Source of the DNA: the human T2T-CHM13v2.0 reference genome, Homo sapiens
Reading direction: 5' to 3' (one strand)
Assembly: GCF_009914755.1 (NCBI RefSeq)
Contig: NC_060925.1
DNA: 64,000 bases
Made by a program: the position numbers and the translations under genes. Positions 20,423-35,785 of the stretch are shown one piece after another. Each line of letters opens with the position of its first letter. Position 1 is the stretch's first letter. Below the pieces are notes generated by a model. The model was not told the origin of the DNA, searched no databases, and saw nothing but the letters and a program-made list of their open reading frames with translations.

Positions 20423-21887
20423 GAAGTTTCTTTTTTAAAAGAAAAAAGAACTATTGCTCTTCCAGTGATTAAAATCCTGGGCTAGAGAATCAAACAGACT
20501 TGGATTTACATCTGGGCTCTCCAGCGCTCACTATCCAAGACCAAGGGTGAGTTTTTCATCCTCTAAAGCTCAGTTGTCTCCTTTGTAAAATGGGGATTAG
20601 AAATACCTCCTATCTCTTGGGGCTGCTGCTGCAATTAAGTATGTTGATACAGGTAAAGCTCTTGGTACAGTATCTAGCATCCAGTAACTGCTCGATAAGG
20701 GTGTGGTATGATTATTATTTTATTATTATTATCACCAAGGAAAACTAGTGGGGAGTTAAATTGGCAAACAAGCTGTTAAGAGGCCGTGAATATTCATTAG
20801 ACAATCTAGTGTTTATCCAGTTGGTAGATGTTAGCCCAGCATAGACAATCTAAGTGGCTGCTGAATGGCTCAGACACACCACGGAGAGGTTTGATCCACT
20901 CACGCTGGTCCAGATTAACAGAATCCTAGCCTCCCTCCCAGCCCTGCCCTTTCTCCACTTGCTGAGTGACCATTCAAGTTCCTTCCCTTCTCTAGACGTC
21001 AATTTCCTCGCCTATCAGAGGCAAGGATTAGACTGGAGAGTCTTTAAATGTCTAAATCCCTATACTTTTAGGATTCCCATGAATTTGTAAGCAATTGTTG
21101 CCTAACCATGTCCCTAATTAAGTCTTTCATGGTTATTTTAATTAGCCACCTTTAAACCTTAAAGTAGGTTTGGGGAGAAATGATGTATTTAAATTTATTT
21201 ATACTCTGCCTTGGAACTTCTTGTGGACACAACACAAGCTTAGGGACAGACAGCCTGGGCCTAGGTCCCAGGTCTGCCACTTTCTAAGTGTACAGCCCTG
21301 GGAAGCTCAGTCTTCCTCTCCTGGCCTCAGTCTTCCCCTCCTGGGAAATGGAAATGGCAGCTTCCCCACTGAGTGATTGCAAAGATTACAGGGGAGAAGA
21401 CTAGCTCAGAGGAGGGCAAAGGACCTAAGCCAGTCCACTTGGAGTGTCTCTCAGGGCTTTTGCCAGCAAGGTGGGAGCAGACACTCACTCTGCTCTACTA
21501 GATATGCACCTGGGTGTTTGCTCAGCATCTCTGACCACCCACGAGGGTAGGATCTGCCTGATAATAGAATCAGCACAGAGGAAGCAGAGAATGAAACCAA
21601 ACCTGAGGACAATGATGGAGCCCCAGGGCTCATACATGACGTCTCATATCACCTGAGACAAAACGCTTTTTTTTCTTCACAAAGAAAAGTTAAGTGAGAT
21701 TTTATTTTTTCCAACGCAGTTATCACCTTCTAATATAAATTCATAATAAATTTATGAATGTATTATGTTTATTGCTCACTGTCTATCTCTCTTCACTACA
21801 ATGGAAGCTTCATGAGAGTAGAGGTTTTTGTCCCTTTTGTTCACTGATACATCCCTAGCAGCCAACACAGTGCCTGACACATAGTAG

Positions 21888-22058
<171 letters not shown>

Positions 22059-22529
22059 TAAATATCTGTTGAATGAATGGATGAAGATACTTTGAAATCT
22101 GGAGAGTGCTGCAAATGTCTTTAATAATAGCTATAGATACTTTCTCATAATTTTTTTTTCATGTGCTGTTTGGATTTGCCATTTAGCTGATAACCTGAGA
22201 CCAATCCAGACGCTCCTCAGACCTAAGACAGTGGCTAACCTTCACTGCCTCATCTCAAAAGGCAAAACATGGCAACAGGTAACTGGGTCTTTGCATTTGG
22301 AGGTCCCACCCTCTTAGAGGCTGATCCTAAAGTGCTGGGGATCTCAGGATCTTACCCGTGACTCTTTTCTCTTCTCATTCCTCATGCTGTCCCGCAGTGA
22401 GCCCATCCTCTCCCAGGGTTTTAAGTACCTCTCCTTATGCTGAAGCATCCCGGGCTTCTTTCTCCAGCCTTGACTGCCAGAACCAGATCCCAAGCTGCTT
22501 GCCTGACTTTTCCACTTGGCTGAACTGCA

Positions 22530-22683
22530 CACAAACCCAGAAGAAAATGAGAACACAAGGCCCCTGATAAAAAAAAATGTATTAAGAATTTCAAGATGGT
22601 GATAGAAGAGCATACAAACACACTCAGAGCCCTCCTGAGCACAGGGCGACCACCCGGGTCACACACCCATGAAGCTGGCCTGG
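22530..22683 (-). mobile_element. MER45A-like hAT MITE inside L2
   Basis: attaagaatttcaagatggtga...acccatgaagctggccctg-like terminus. Confidence 0.7.
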
Positions 22684-24809
22684 ACTGCAGGCACTTCACA
22701 CTCAACATGTCTGAAATTTTCATCTTCCTCCCACCCCAACATGCTCCTCCTCATAAGTTCCTCATCTTAAAGCACAGCCTCCCCATCCATCCAGTTACTC
22801 AAGTTAGACAGCAGGACCTCACTCGGTTGCGATTACTAAAGCCTGTGCCTCTCCTTGACGTCTTTTGCTCCCTGAACCCAGGTCATTCCTGTAACAGCCT
22901 TCTAATCACACACTGCCTCCTGTCTCACATCCACTCCAAACCATTTTCCACACTGTAGCCAGAGTGATCCTCCTAAAGTACAGATTCTTAAGTCCAGGCT
23001 CCTTGGCATGGCAGAAAAGGCCTCAGTGATGTGACTTCAGCTTCTTCTTCAGCCTTCCACAGCAGCCACTTGAACTTTGGCTAGGTCCTTCCGACCAGCC
23101 ATTTCTGATGCTTGAAACACCCTTGCTGTTCCCTGCACCCCAGTCCCTTTCATCAGGTTTCCTCTTAGAAAGATTTCTGGACCAGCTGAGTGCCTCTCCT
23201 GCAGGCTCCCTCAGCCACATTCTTCCCCCAAATCAGCATTAGTCATGAGACGGTATACTTCCTGTTTACTGATTCAATTTCTCAATAGATGGTACACTAT
23301 TGAGGGTCTCTGTTTCCCATTGTGTCAGTGGGACTGGCACAGTGCCTGGCTGGCTATTTTGGTCATTGTAACCCTAACTGGGGCAGGTCCTAAGTAAGGA
23401 AATGGAGGGTGGTGACATTCTACCTGATGGTCCAAAAAACAAACAAATGAGCTGCATCCACACACCTTCTTCAAAGTCTCTCTAGAAAAGATATGAGCGA
23501 AAACAGCCACACACACTTGTACATGTGTTTCATGCCCTCTTGTTTATTGCAGGACACAGAGATGCACATTTAACAATGGGAGACAGGACAATTTTAACAT
23601 TCTGGGGTAACACTGAGGCTGACTCACCCCTGGAGGGGTGGGCTAAGTTGCCACTAACATCGTATGTCCTTGTAAATTTCCTTGCTATAGAAACAAGAGG
23701 GAAAGCAGGTCCCTGGATGAGAAACAAACATTTGTGGTCCCTATGACTTCATTTTCTGGTATCCTGATCATTAAAAAACTTGAAAAAGAACAGGATGTCT
23801 TTTCTTTACCCGCATACCTAATTATCAAGAATCCTGAAACTGTTTATATCATTTTAGGGGAATAAGATAAGAAAACATCTTAAGAGGAAACATGACCCAT
23901 ACTTTAAAAGATGGACATCATATGCGGGAAAACATTCTGAATGAGATCAATATAAACAGGGTTCATTGTATTTTAAATAGCAGGATTTAAGTAGGCTTTT
24001 ATTCATAACAGAGATGGACAGTCCTCTAAATTACGCTGAGGCATCAGGGGACGAAAGGAGAGAGGGGAGTAAGTGACGGCCCGGAAAGCATATCTGTGGG
24101 ATCCTAAATGAAGCAAAATTAAAATGCATTTTTCCAGAAAGCCAAACAAATTATAAGTAGGAACAATTAGGTGACGACAATTCCTCTAGTAGAAATATAT
24201 ATGTTTCTGTTTTCCTATTTATAATGGAGCTAGAAGGTATCAGAGTCCTCCTGTTACTGGTTTGAAGCTAAGCCTTAATTTAGAATAAAAATATTCAGGA
24301 AAGAAATGGGGGCAAGGACTTTGGTCTAGATAGAACTGTAACCCACACTTAAGAGTTTCCAGCTAGTTAGTACCAGATTTTGACTATGAACCCACAAGAG
24401 AATAAACAGTTCATCCTGAGAACGCTGGGGTTCTGAATTGTCCAGGAATCCTTCTTATTGTCTAAAAACACGAATATCTTATGTCATCCAAAGGCACCCT
24501 CAGAGATATGTTATTTTCTTAGGGAATAAATAGTTCATAGTTCACTCTGGACTTTTGAGCCCAAGTTTACCAAGTAACACTCAATCCCTTTTACAGGGCT
24601 TCTGGTTAAAGATTCCATTTTGATTTTAATGGAAAGATCAGTTAAACCTGAAACCCCAAGCAAGCTCCTCGTCCTCTCCTGGATCTATCTAGAGAACAAA
24701 CAAGAGGAAGGCTTGCATCCCAGGAAGTAGTCCGACATAGGTAGATATTTCTAATTTACCGATAGAAAACTCTCCAGTTAAAAAACAGGCTAGCTAGTAA
24801 TCTATTTAA

Positions 24810-25400
24810 AGCCACGGCTGACATGATAAATGAAACAGAATAAATGTATACAGCGAGTGAGCCTCCTCGGGAACACAGGAGGGGGGTTGGGGGGGGGGGA
24901 ACGGAGCGCTTCTGCTGACAGCGGCTTTCCCGTCAGTGGCCTGTCTCTCTTGGAGGCAGCTGTCAATCACGGGCCAGCCCGCGCTCCCGGGGGAGTTCAT
25001 TGTGCCCGCAGACAGTTGTGGAATAACTGCTCCTAGGCGTCAGAGCAGCAGATGGAGTGTATCTGTCAATCATTGTCACTAATTATTAACTTCTGTCACT
25101 CAGAGCAAGGCAACATCTCGGCGCCTGATCCGCTGTGATTTGATCTGCCATGCCACCTCGGAGACAGACAGAGCAACCCTTCATTCCGGTCACACTCCCA
25201 GCACTTTGCTGGGTCAGCCGCCGTGACTCAGTGTTCGCGCCCCCGACCGGGCTGGCACACGTGAGTGTGCACACGCGCGCAAGCTTCCGGAAGCGCAGCC
25301 ACCGCAAGGGGTCTCCTTCGGGGGATCCAGGCCAGGAGCGCAGGATCCTGCTCATTAATTATTGAAGGAGGACAGTTTTATCTTGGCCGTTGGCGGAAGC
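24810..25400. promoter_or_regulatory. Candidate developmental enhancer (CpG-rich, PBX/MEIS/HOX motif cluster)
   Basis: Two CTGTCAATCA decamers (24960, 25063), TGATAAAT (24824), TGACAG/CTGTCA (24916, 25093), CAGATG, TGACTCA and CACGTG in repeat-free sequence. Confidence 0.7.
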
Positions 25401-26082
25401 GGGGCCAAAGTGTAAGGGAAGACCAATTTGGAGGGTTTTCTTCTCTTCTCACCACCCTGGGACCAGCCATTATCAGCCAAGTTCACATTCATTGTATTCC
25501 TATGATCTTTTCTCAACCCTCTGATTTTGGAGGTGGAGATGTCAGCCTGAATAATTAATTAAGGCATCTGTAACATGCTTTGCAAACAGGAGCCGCAACC
25601 TAAAGGGATATTTGCTACCACAGACTCTGAGAGCCTCTCTGTGACAAGACTGGGAAGAGGGTTTACAGAGCTTCAAACCCAACCACCCAAAGAGATAGAC
25701 ATGACTTATCCAAGGTCACACACCCCACTGCTCTGGCACCTCAAGGCCTCCCACCCATGTACATACATGGAGCATCTTTGAGGCTGGGCAGCTCGGGGAC
25801 TCCTGGGTGCTGTGCCATCTGTTCTCCACCAGACGGTTTGGAAAGATTGGTTCCCTTGGAGAGGCTGAATCATCATGATGACCCACTCCCACTCAGGCAC
25901 TGGAGTCACACTGCTGGGTGACTTTGAACAAGTCACTTTACGCCTCTGACCCATGATCTCATCTGCAAAACAAGGATAATTACAGAATCTCCCTCAAAGG
26001 TTACATGAGAATGTTCCAGGTACAAACATCTAGCACAGCACTTGCCTGGCACATTTGAAGCTCTCAATAAATAATAGAAATT

Positions 26083-26388
26083 GGTCAGGCATGGTGACTC
26101 ACACCTATAATCCAACCACTATGGGAGGCAGAAGCGACAGAATCACTTGAGCTCAGGAGTTCAAGACCAGCCTGAGCAACATAGTGAAGCCCCATGTCTA
26201 CGAAAAATTAAAAAATTAGCTGGGTATGGTGGTGCACACCTGTAGTCTCAGCTACTCGGGAGGCTGAGGCAGGAGGAGTGCTTGAGCCCAGGAGCTCAAG
26301 CCTGCAGTAAGCTATGATTGTGCCACTGCATTCCAGCCTGGGTGACAGGGTGAGTCCCCATCTCTTAAAAAAACAAACAAACAAAAAA
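26083..26388 (+). mobile_element. AluJ at a MIR 3' end
   Basis: J-type Alu dimer with A-rich tail. Confidence 0.9.
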
Positions 26389-26953
26389 AGAAGTAGAAAT
26401 GACTGTCCACATGAGACCAGCACAAGGGCTGGCTGGTCTCATCTCAAAAAGTAAAAATTGGATTTTAAGAGCCACTGGAGAATACTCATCAATTACTACT
26501 TTTTAAAGTACAAGTGACGAGATTGACATTAGCCAAGCTCTAAGTCTAACAAACCTAGTTGTAGTTTCCATAACTAGGTCCTTAGGGGCCTGCTTTGGTG
26601 AATAGACAAGGATTTGTGGTAAGCATATCAATCGTTTATGTGTAAATAGTGACGCACACTTGGCTGGGTCTCTTCAACATCAGTCCTCCTCTTAGGTAAC
26701 TAAAGCCCTCCCCCCTCACTCAAGTTGCCATTCCTATTTGCTTTCAAAAATCCCTTCTTGATGGAAAGTGCTCTGGGGAGTTCTAGCCCAAGCCTGATTA
26801 GAAACTAAACCAAATCCAAATTCTAAGATTGCAAGGTCTGACTGCATTTGAAAAAGCACCCCTCTGCTTCCAGCACATGCCAGGGATGCTCTGGGCCACC
26901 CAAGATGAAAAGCTGTTACTTTCCCCAAGCTCCAAGGATCCCACCAGACTCAC

Positions 26954-27457
26954 TGTTTCAGTGATGACGTCTGTGTAACAAATTATCTCAAAACTTAGTG
27001 GCATAAAACATTCACTTATTATGCTCATGGGAACTGGGACAGGGCACACAGCAGGGGTGGCTTATCTCTGTTCCATGATCTCTGGGGCCTCTGCTAGAAG
27101 CTGGAACCAGCTGGGGCTCCTCAGCCATCTCCCTCTTGCTCTACACAAGCTCTTCACATGATCTCTCCAGCATGTCAGCTTCCAGGTGGTCAGACTTCTC
27201 ACACAGCAGCCCAGGGATCCCAATGGGAATGGAGAGGAAAGGGAAGGGAGGCGAGGAGTGGGGAAAGACATGCCACCTCTCATATTTTATGTCCTAACTT
27301 CCAAAGTCATGCAGCCTCACTTCCTCCATATTCTCTCGGCTGAAGCCATTAGAGAGGTGTGCCCAGGTTCAAGGAGAGGGTCAACCTCACATAGCAAGAA
27401 GAGCATGAGTCGGATTTATAACAGTGCGGCCATCTTCGGAAATTACAATCTGCCACA
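26954..27457 (-). mobile_element. Old MLT1 (G/H-like) solo LTR
   Basis: gtgtaacaaattatctcaaaacttagtggcataaaaca...aatctgccaca. Confidence 0.7.
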
Positions 27458-27980
27458 CCCTACCCAGACACTCCCCTGGAAACTGGAAGCCAAACTGACA
27501 TCATTTCCAGGAAAGGCTTGTGGCTCCAGCTCCAGGAGAGGGTGAGAAACCTGGGGCCTCTCTTGAAGGTCACATGTAGAACAGACCCTCTGAAGCCCTG
27601 AGTTGAAGGAATTCTGGAGGGTGCTACATTAACATCACGCTCGACCTCCACACTCAGTGGGTGCAATCACAGCCAATGCTTTTGCCTGGCATTTACCCTG
27701 CCAATTCCTTAGGATGACAGATGGTTTCCAGTTCCTGGAATATACTATTCTCCTTCCTACCTGGAGACATGAGCATATTTCATTCCCTTTGCTGGGAATA
27801 TCCTCTGTCCCCTTCCCCGTATTCCTGAGGTCTCAAACTCATTACCACTTCTTTAGGGAATCCTTTCCTGACTATAGTCCCCCCCGAGTTTAGGTCATAT
27901 CCCCAGCTATGCACTCTCCTAGCATCCTGTATTTCTCTCTTGTAGCACCTCCCACAATTGTCATTAAATAATTGTTTTAT

Positions 27981-28845
<865 letters not shown>

Positions 28846-28847
28846 CA

Positions 28848-29307
<460 letters not shown>

Positions 29308-32300
29308 CTAAGGCAAAAAAGAAACTTCGTTCAAGGACAACCCTATGGAAGACAGGCTTGCTTCTGTGCCTCCAACCCCCATGGGTCCTGACCAGCTTAC
29401 AGCATCATTTAAAGAAGAAAGAAGAAATTACAAAAGGTGAGTTCAGAACCCTTGTCTACTGATTGCTCCATTCAATCCAGTCTTTTCTGAAAATTATATT
29501 CAGACGACTCTTCTCGCTAAATATTAGAATGCCAGGAAGCTGGGATCCAGCATCAGAAAACCACCAGGCTTGTGCCCTGAGCATCCTCTCCATCAGCCTG
29601 GCACCTCGTAGAGAGCAGAAAACATCCTGGGCCGATTTTTTTCTTTTAATTCTGAAAGACCAGCAATGAAGCCACGCTGCAGGTGGTAAAAGTGTATGCA
29701 GAGTATGCTCCTGAAGAAAGCTGAAAACACCGGGAACGGCCATCAACTTAATCTGGGGCTGACAGGGGCTTCAAGCAGAACTAATGGCTCAGTTACATAC
29801 CTCATTAGCCGAGTGGGATTTTACCCTTTTCCTTATTGTGATTGTTAATTTCCCCCCTCTGCTATTGAGAGGAAGGAATTTTGTAACAATGTTAAATTAT
29901 TTGCCATTTCCAAGAGGGAAAAAATCAATTAAAAAGAGAGTCTGGGAGAAGATAAAAATGAATTTCTTTATCACTTGTGCTGATCATTTAAGATGGGATT
30001 TTCCCCTGCGGGAATACTGCACAGAATAACAGTAGTTCTAGGGCATTTGATAAAGAAAAAGTTCTCTCTCAGTGGTGATTAACGTTACCATCTCCCATCT
30101 CTTTCCTGCAAAAGGAGCTTGGAATTCCATTCGATCCCCAGCTTTGTGTGGCTTTCCCTACTTCCCTATCAACTCAAAATTTGGGGTGCTTGGCAAAGGA
30201 GGTCCTGTGTGGAACCAGCTGGGTCACACACTCACGGAGGATGAATGCATACCCTTTACAAAACACAAATGCATTTTGTCTCTTCTGCAGACCTTTCTGG
30301 GGAAAACCTAGCTGTGCTTCCTTCTGATTTCTCCTAGCAAGTGGAGAAATGAACTCCTCCACACCACGCCCCCTTGCCTGCCCCTGGAGGAACATATGTG
30401 GCCAGAAGCTGCCAGCAAGCCTCTATGTGTCCTCTCATAACCCTGACAACTCGAGTCGCTAACAATATTTCCGTTGGAGAAACTTTTATAAAATATTACA
30501 ATCAATTCAATTGCATTAACACGTTTGAACCTCTAAGTTCAACACAGTGGAAAACACAATACTTCTCTATTACATCAAGTGTCTGGTCAGATATATATCA
30601 CACAAAACTGAAACCAGAGGCACTGAGGGGACCCTGTTTATCCCAACTTAGCAAAAGGAATTATCTGACAGTTGGAAATGAAAAACTACTAATAAACATT
30701 ACAGTTTATTGAAAAGTTTAAACAATAAGATTAAGAAAACTTCTGCAATATTAAGAAATGTATATTATCCTACTTTACCTTGCTTGGGGAATTCCTTAAG
30801 GATTTATTATTCTGTTACACCACCAAAAACACTGTGTTATGTTAAGGGATTCTGCCTTCCTGTCTGCATTCCGCATGAATCTAAAATTAAGAGGCAATCT
30901 TTCTTCAGCATATCGTACTTCCCTAAATTAGGTTTGGTTTCCAGAGCAGAATTTGGAAGTCAGTGTTTTTTTCCCCGGGTACCATTGGCCCCTTATAATA
31001 AATGCTCTAGAGAAAAGAGCTTCCTTTTCTCTAGTGCTTTTGTTGTTGGTGCTGAAATGCATGCATTTAATGCCAGTGAGGATGCTGGGATGGGAAGCTG
31101 TCGGTCCTCCAGGGCCTGGGGCACAAGGCACTGGAAAGGAGCCAAGAACTGCTGCAGGGAGTGGTCTGGCCTTTGGCCAAGTAGGAACAAAGAGGTCTAG
31201 AAAACAGCCTCCAAAACCCACATAGATTTTGGATTGAGTGGCCTTGAGCATAGCAAAGTCCCGCTTCCTGCCTGCCTTGTCCATGTCTTTACAGCTTATC
31301 TCTCCACAGGCCACCACTTAGCTCCCAACAGCAAACCACTTCTCTCCCTGGGCATGAGGGTTTTCAGGAGAAGCAGCCTAGAGTGTGGCTGTCAGAATCT
31401 AAAGCTCCAGATGGGGAAAGAACGGGGCTCAGATTCCTCCACTGTAAATTGGAGGTATTGATAATGTGATCCAGATGTAATCGCAGCCTGGGAGACAGAA
31501 ATAGGGGCTGTTCAAGCCTTCCCAGGATGTGGGTTGAGACCCCAGCCTCACACCTGTGATCTAGATTCTGCTCTTCTGCTCCCCTCAATGTCTCTGTCCT
31601 GCCCCCACATCCCCCAAGTGCAGAGCTCAGCCTCTTGAACCAGCTTCCACTGGAAATCCATTCACACCGAGGGTTTGGTGAGTTCCAATAGAACTTAGGA
31701 ACATTTGGTAGAGGCAGGGGAGAGGAGACAGGCCACATCAAACAGTATAAAGCACGCCACCAACTTGTCCCTCAGCCCCAGCTTACTGAGGATCCCACAG
31801 CTGATAAGTAGCAATGGGCGTTCCACCACCCCAGAGACATTTCCCCTACCAGGCGACTTTGTCTTTGAATTGTTTCTGCAATGAGGGAGGACGGAGCACC
31901 CTGAGTCATCTAGAGTCAGCCTCCTAAGAGGGCCAGCTGCAGGCATCAGGACAGATGACCTCTCTCGCATGCAATTCATGGGATATAGCCTTTGGCTAGG
32001 ATTTGATGGATTCTCTCCTCCACATTGCTCATTAGCACTTGCAGAAGGTGAGTCTGTAATTCTGGTAGTGTTCATGCCAACACAGACAAAACACTAGGGT
32101 ATGTCTGGTACCTAGATGGAGAAATCCATATAGAAGACCAAGAAGAAGATGTGCATTATTGTCTCAAGTATACTTGACTTGTTTGGTAGCCTCTAGAAAT
32201 CTTGTGTTTCCAAGCCTCAGTTTGCTGTCACTGCAGAATGGGCATCATTCTATGTCCCTAATGCACTGATTAGATCTTCACTGGTCCTGGCATGTTTTAT

Positions 32301-34933
32301 AATCTGAAACTCCAAACCCAAACTACCTTCCTGTTCCAGATTTGCTTTATCTCACTAACCTGCTGCTGTAGCTGTTTAACTCTTGCCCCTCCCCTTACAA
32401 TCTGATCATCCAGAGACCCTAGAGGCAGCCATCAGTCTCTTGAATCCCCCCTTTAGTTGGAGATGTGAAGGCAGAGCTCAGTTCCCACAGGTTAGTTCAT
32501 TTAGGACTTGCTTTCATCCATTATGTTCATGTATGTTGGAAATTTCCCCAAATGCATTTTAATCTCCATCTGCCATTATAGGGAAATTTTCCCAAATTTT
32601 TTTATTGTTACATCTTGTAGTTCTAGAATATAATGTTTAACCATCAAACCTCAAGACAGGCTTGTGCTTTAAACTCCAAATCTTTCCTGTCTTGGAAATT
32701 TCTGCATCATAAATTGTTAGCCAAACACTCAAAAATGTAATGGTTTGCACTGGCATTCACCTATATTGTCCCTCTCCCCACCCACCCTCTCAGCACAATG
32801 GAATTCACAATCAAGCCTGACCTTCCACAGGTCCATGGGAGGCCACAAGGCAGCCACAAATCTAGTCCAAGGAAAGTCATTTTGCCAAAATGGACATCCA
32901 AATGATGCCAACATATCTAATTTACAAAATTTGGGGAAAGTAGCCAATGAGACCAAATATAACAGGAACCATCCAAGTACACAGCAGTATCTACTCATAT
33001 TGACATCTGTCCCTGACCCTGTAGATGCAGTCTCCATGAAATATAAACCCTCTAATGTGGAAACCTCTAAACTGAGGCACAATCTGTGCTTGTGGAAAGG
33101 ATGGGGTTAGGCTGAGCAAAGGGGCAGATGCTAAAAACAACTTACTAAACATTAGGGAAAATCCTCTGTTTCACAGAATCTCCAGATAACAAGAAACAGC
33201 ATTTTATCCCCATTATCCCAGTTGCTCTTCACAACCTCTTAGGGGCACATATTATTGTGCCATTTCATAGATGGGAAAACTAAGGCTCTGAAAAGCAGTA
33301 ACTTGCTAGAGCTCACACTGCTGGGGATTTGCAGAGGTAGGATTCATACTCGGGTCTGTCTACCTTTAAAGCTCTTCCCAATAGTTATTCATAGTCCAGA
33401 CTCACCCAGCCTGGTCTCCCATGCCCACCTCCACCATCTAATGCCTGAATCCCTGCTGCAGCATCTATACCTAGTGACCATCCTGTCTCTGCTCAAACAC
33501 CTACAGGAACAGGGGACTTATTCCCCACTTAAGCAGCTTCTGTCTCCCATCAGTGCCCCTACCCTTTCTTACCTCTCCACTGGAGAGATCCGGGGAAACT
33601 TCCACTCCCACTGAGGTAGGATGATAAGAGCTTAGATAAGATAAGATAAACTTAGATAAGAGTTTAGCCTTAGAGCTAGCTTCTTTAAAAAATGAAAATT
33701 AGAAAAAATTATTCAAAAGAAGAAAAAGAGAAAAAAAAATGCAGCAACAGCCAGGAACCTAGTCTGCTCCCATCACTCATCTATTTCACTTATTTAACAA
33801 AAACAGGAGCAGGTGAAGGGAATGAGGGATAGAGGCAACATCACTCCTGGTGACCAATCTCTGTGGGTCCCAGTGGGTTGGGCTGGACCTACATAGGATG
33901 TGGCTTCTATCACCAGTCTAGCTGAACTCCCAGGGAAACTTGGGGTGACATTTCTCACATCCTTATACTCTCTTGGAAATAAATGTTGTCACCAGGAAAA
34001 GGATACCAATTTTGTGAATTGGCAGACGGCTGTGACAGTTTGACTGGTTCGACTTGACTGAAGGGTTGGAACCAGCTTTGCTGTAAGGCCTCCTGCATGC
34101 CTATTGTGCGCCAGGGTCTGTGCTAAGTATCTTTACCTATCACTGCATCTCTCAACTACTCTGGAAGGCAGACACTATTATTGTCCCTGTTTTATAGATG
34201 AGGATTTGGAAGCCTCATTTTTACCTCTATATTCTGACCCAGACATTTGCCTCTTTGAGTCTCAGTTGCTCCATGCTGCTAGAAAGTGGCAAGGCCAGAA
34301 TTTGACCCCACTGGGTTTCAGAGCCTGTCCCCTTAACCACTAGCTATACTTCCTCAGTATGCTGTGGCTATAGACATGGTCCTCAAACAGCAACAGGTAG
34401 CATGGATCTGCCAATAACTGTATTAGGAGGACAAAAATCATCTAATCAACAAGCTGAAAAAGTCATACAGAAACCACATGTCCAAAATCACTGGGTCAGA
34501 GCAGAAGCTAAAAAGCTTCCAAAAGTTCTGATTTTTCAAAGCCAGTATAACACTAATACCAAAACCTTACAAAGAAATAATTCAAATGAAATTGGTTTGA
34601 CTTATTTATGAATAGCAAATAATAATATAAGTAGACTATTAGCAACCAGAATCTTGCTACATGTTAAAAAACTAACATACCATGATAAAATAGAGCTCCT
34701 CCTTGGAATGCAAGGATGGTTCAATTTTAGGGTATCTATTACCATCAGTCATTGAAATAACAAATCAAAGCATGGGGACCATATGATCATCATACAGATG
34801 CTGGAAAATAATTCATAAATTTTAACATTAATTCCAGATTTTAAAAACAGAAACAAAAATGATTAATAAAATCAGAATAGATTGGTACTTTCTTAACATG
34901 ATTATACATATTTAGCATCAAAACAAAAGCCAG

Positions 34934-35101
34934 GGCCAAGTGTGGTGGCTCATGCCTGTAATCCTAGCACTTTGGGAGGCCAAGGCAGGAGAATCTCTTG
35001 GGCTCAGGAGTTCAAAACAAGCCTGGGCAACTTAGTGAGAACTTGTCCCTATTTATGTATAAATATATTTTTAAAAATTAAAATTTAAAATTAAAAAAAA
35101 T
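34934..35101 (+). mobile_element. FLAM_C-like monomer
   Basis: Left monomer; TSD aaaagccag (34925-34933 and 35102-35110). Confidence 0.88.
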
Positions 35102-35407
35102 AAAAGCCAGACAACACTGAGTGCTGGTAAGGATATAGAGCTACCAGAGCTCTCATACATTGTTGTGAACATGGCAAGCACTTTGGGAAAAGTTCTTGTA
35201 CTTTCTTATAAAACTAAACATATACCTACCCTGCAACTCGCAATTGTACTCCTAGCTATTCTCCCAAGAGAAATGAAGAAATATGTTCCTAAAAAGACTC
35301 ATACACAAAAGTTCATAACACCCTTATTCACATTAGCCAAAAACTGGAAAGAATTCATGTATCCAGCAACAGAATAATGGTTAAACACAGTGTATTCACA
35401 CAATGAA

Positions 35408-35785
35408 TGTTTTCATCTGCTCAGGCTGCCATAACAAAATGCCATCAATTAGATGGCTTAAACAACTAAAATTTATTTTCTTACCATTCTGGAGACTGAG
35501 AAACCCAATATCAAAGTGCCAGCATGGTCAGGTTCTGATGAGAGCTCTCTCTTTGGGCTGCTGCTAAAGGCCACCTTCTTGCTATATACTCACATGGCAA
35601 GGAAAGAGAGCAAGATCTATGGTGTTCTTATAGAAGCACTAATCCCATTTGACCAGGGCTCCACCCTCATGACCTTATTTAACTCTAATTACCTCCCAAA
35701 GGCCCCATTTCCAAATATCATCACACTGGGGGTTAGGGCTCCAACATATTAATTTGGGAGAGACACAAACATGCAGGCCATAACA
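35408..35785 (-). mobile_element. MLT1A-like MaLR solo LTR
   Basis: gctcaggctgccataacaaaatgcca...ccataaca; 5-bp TSD atgaa on both sides. Confidence 0.85.

Noticed and set aside
30709-31317. 163-aa and 129-aa ORFs in unique DNA
   Set aside because: No recognisable homology or convincing splice context, and the plus-strand ORF starts at a non-ATG codon.
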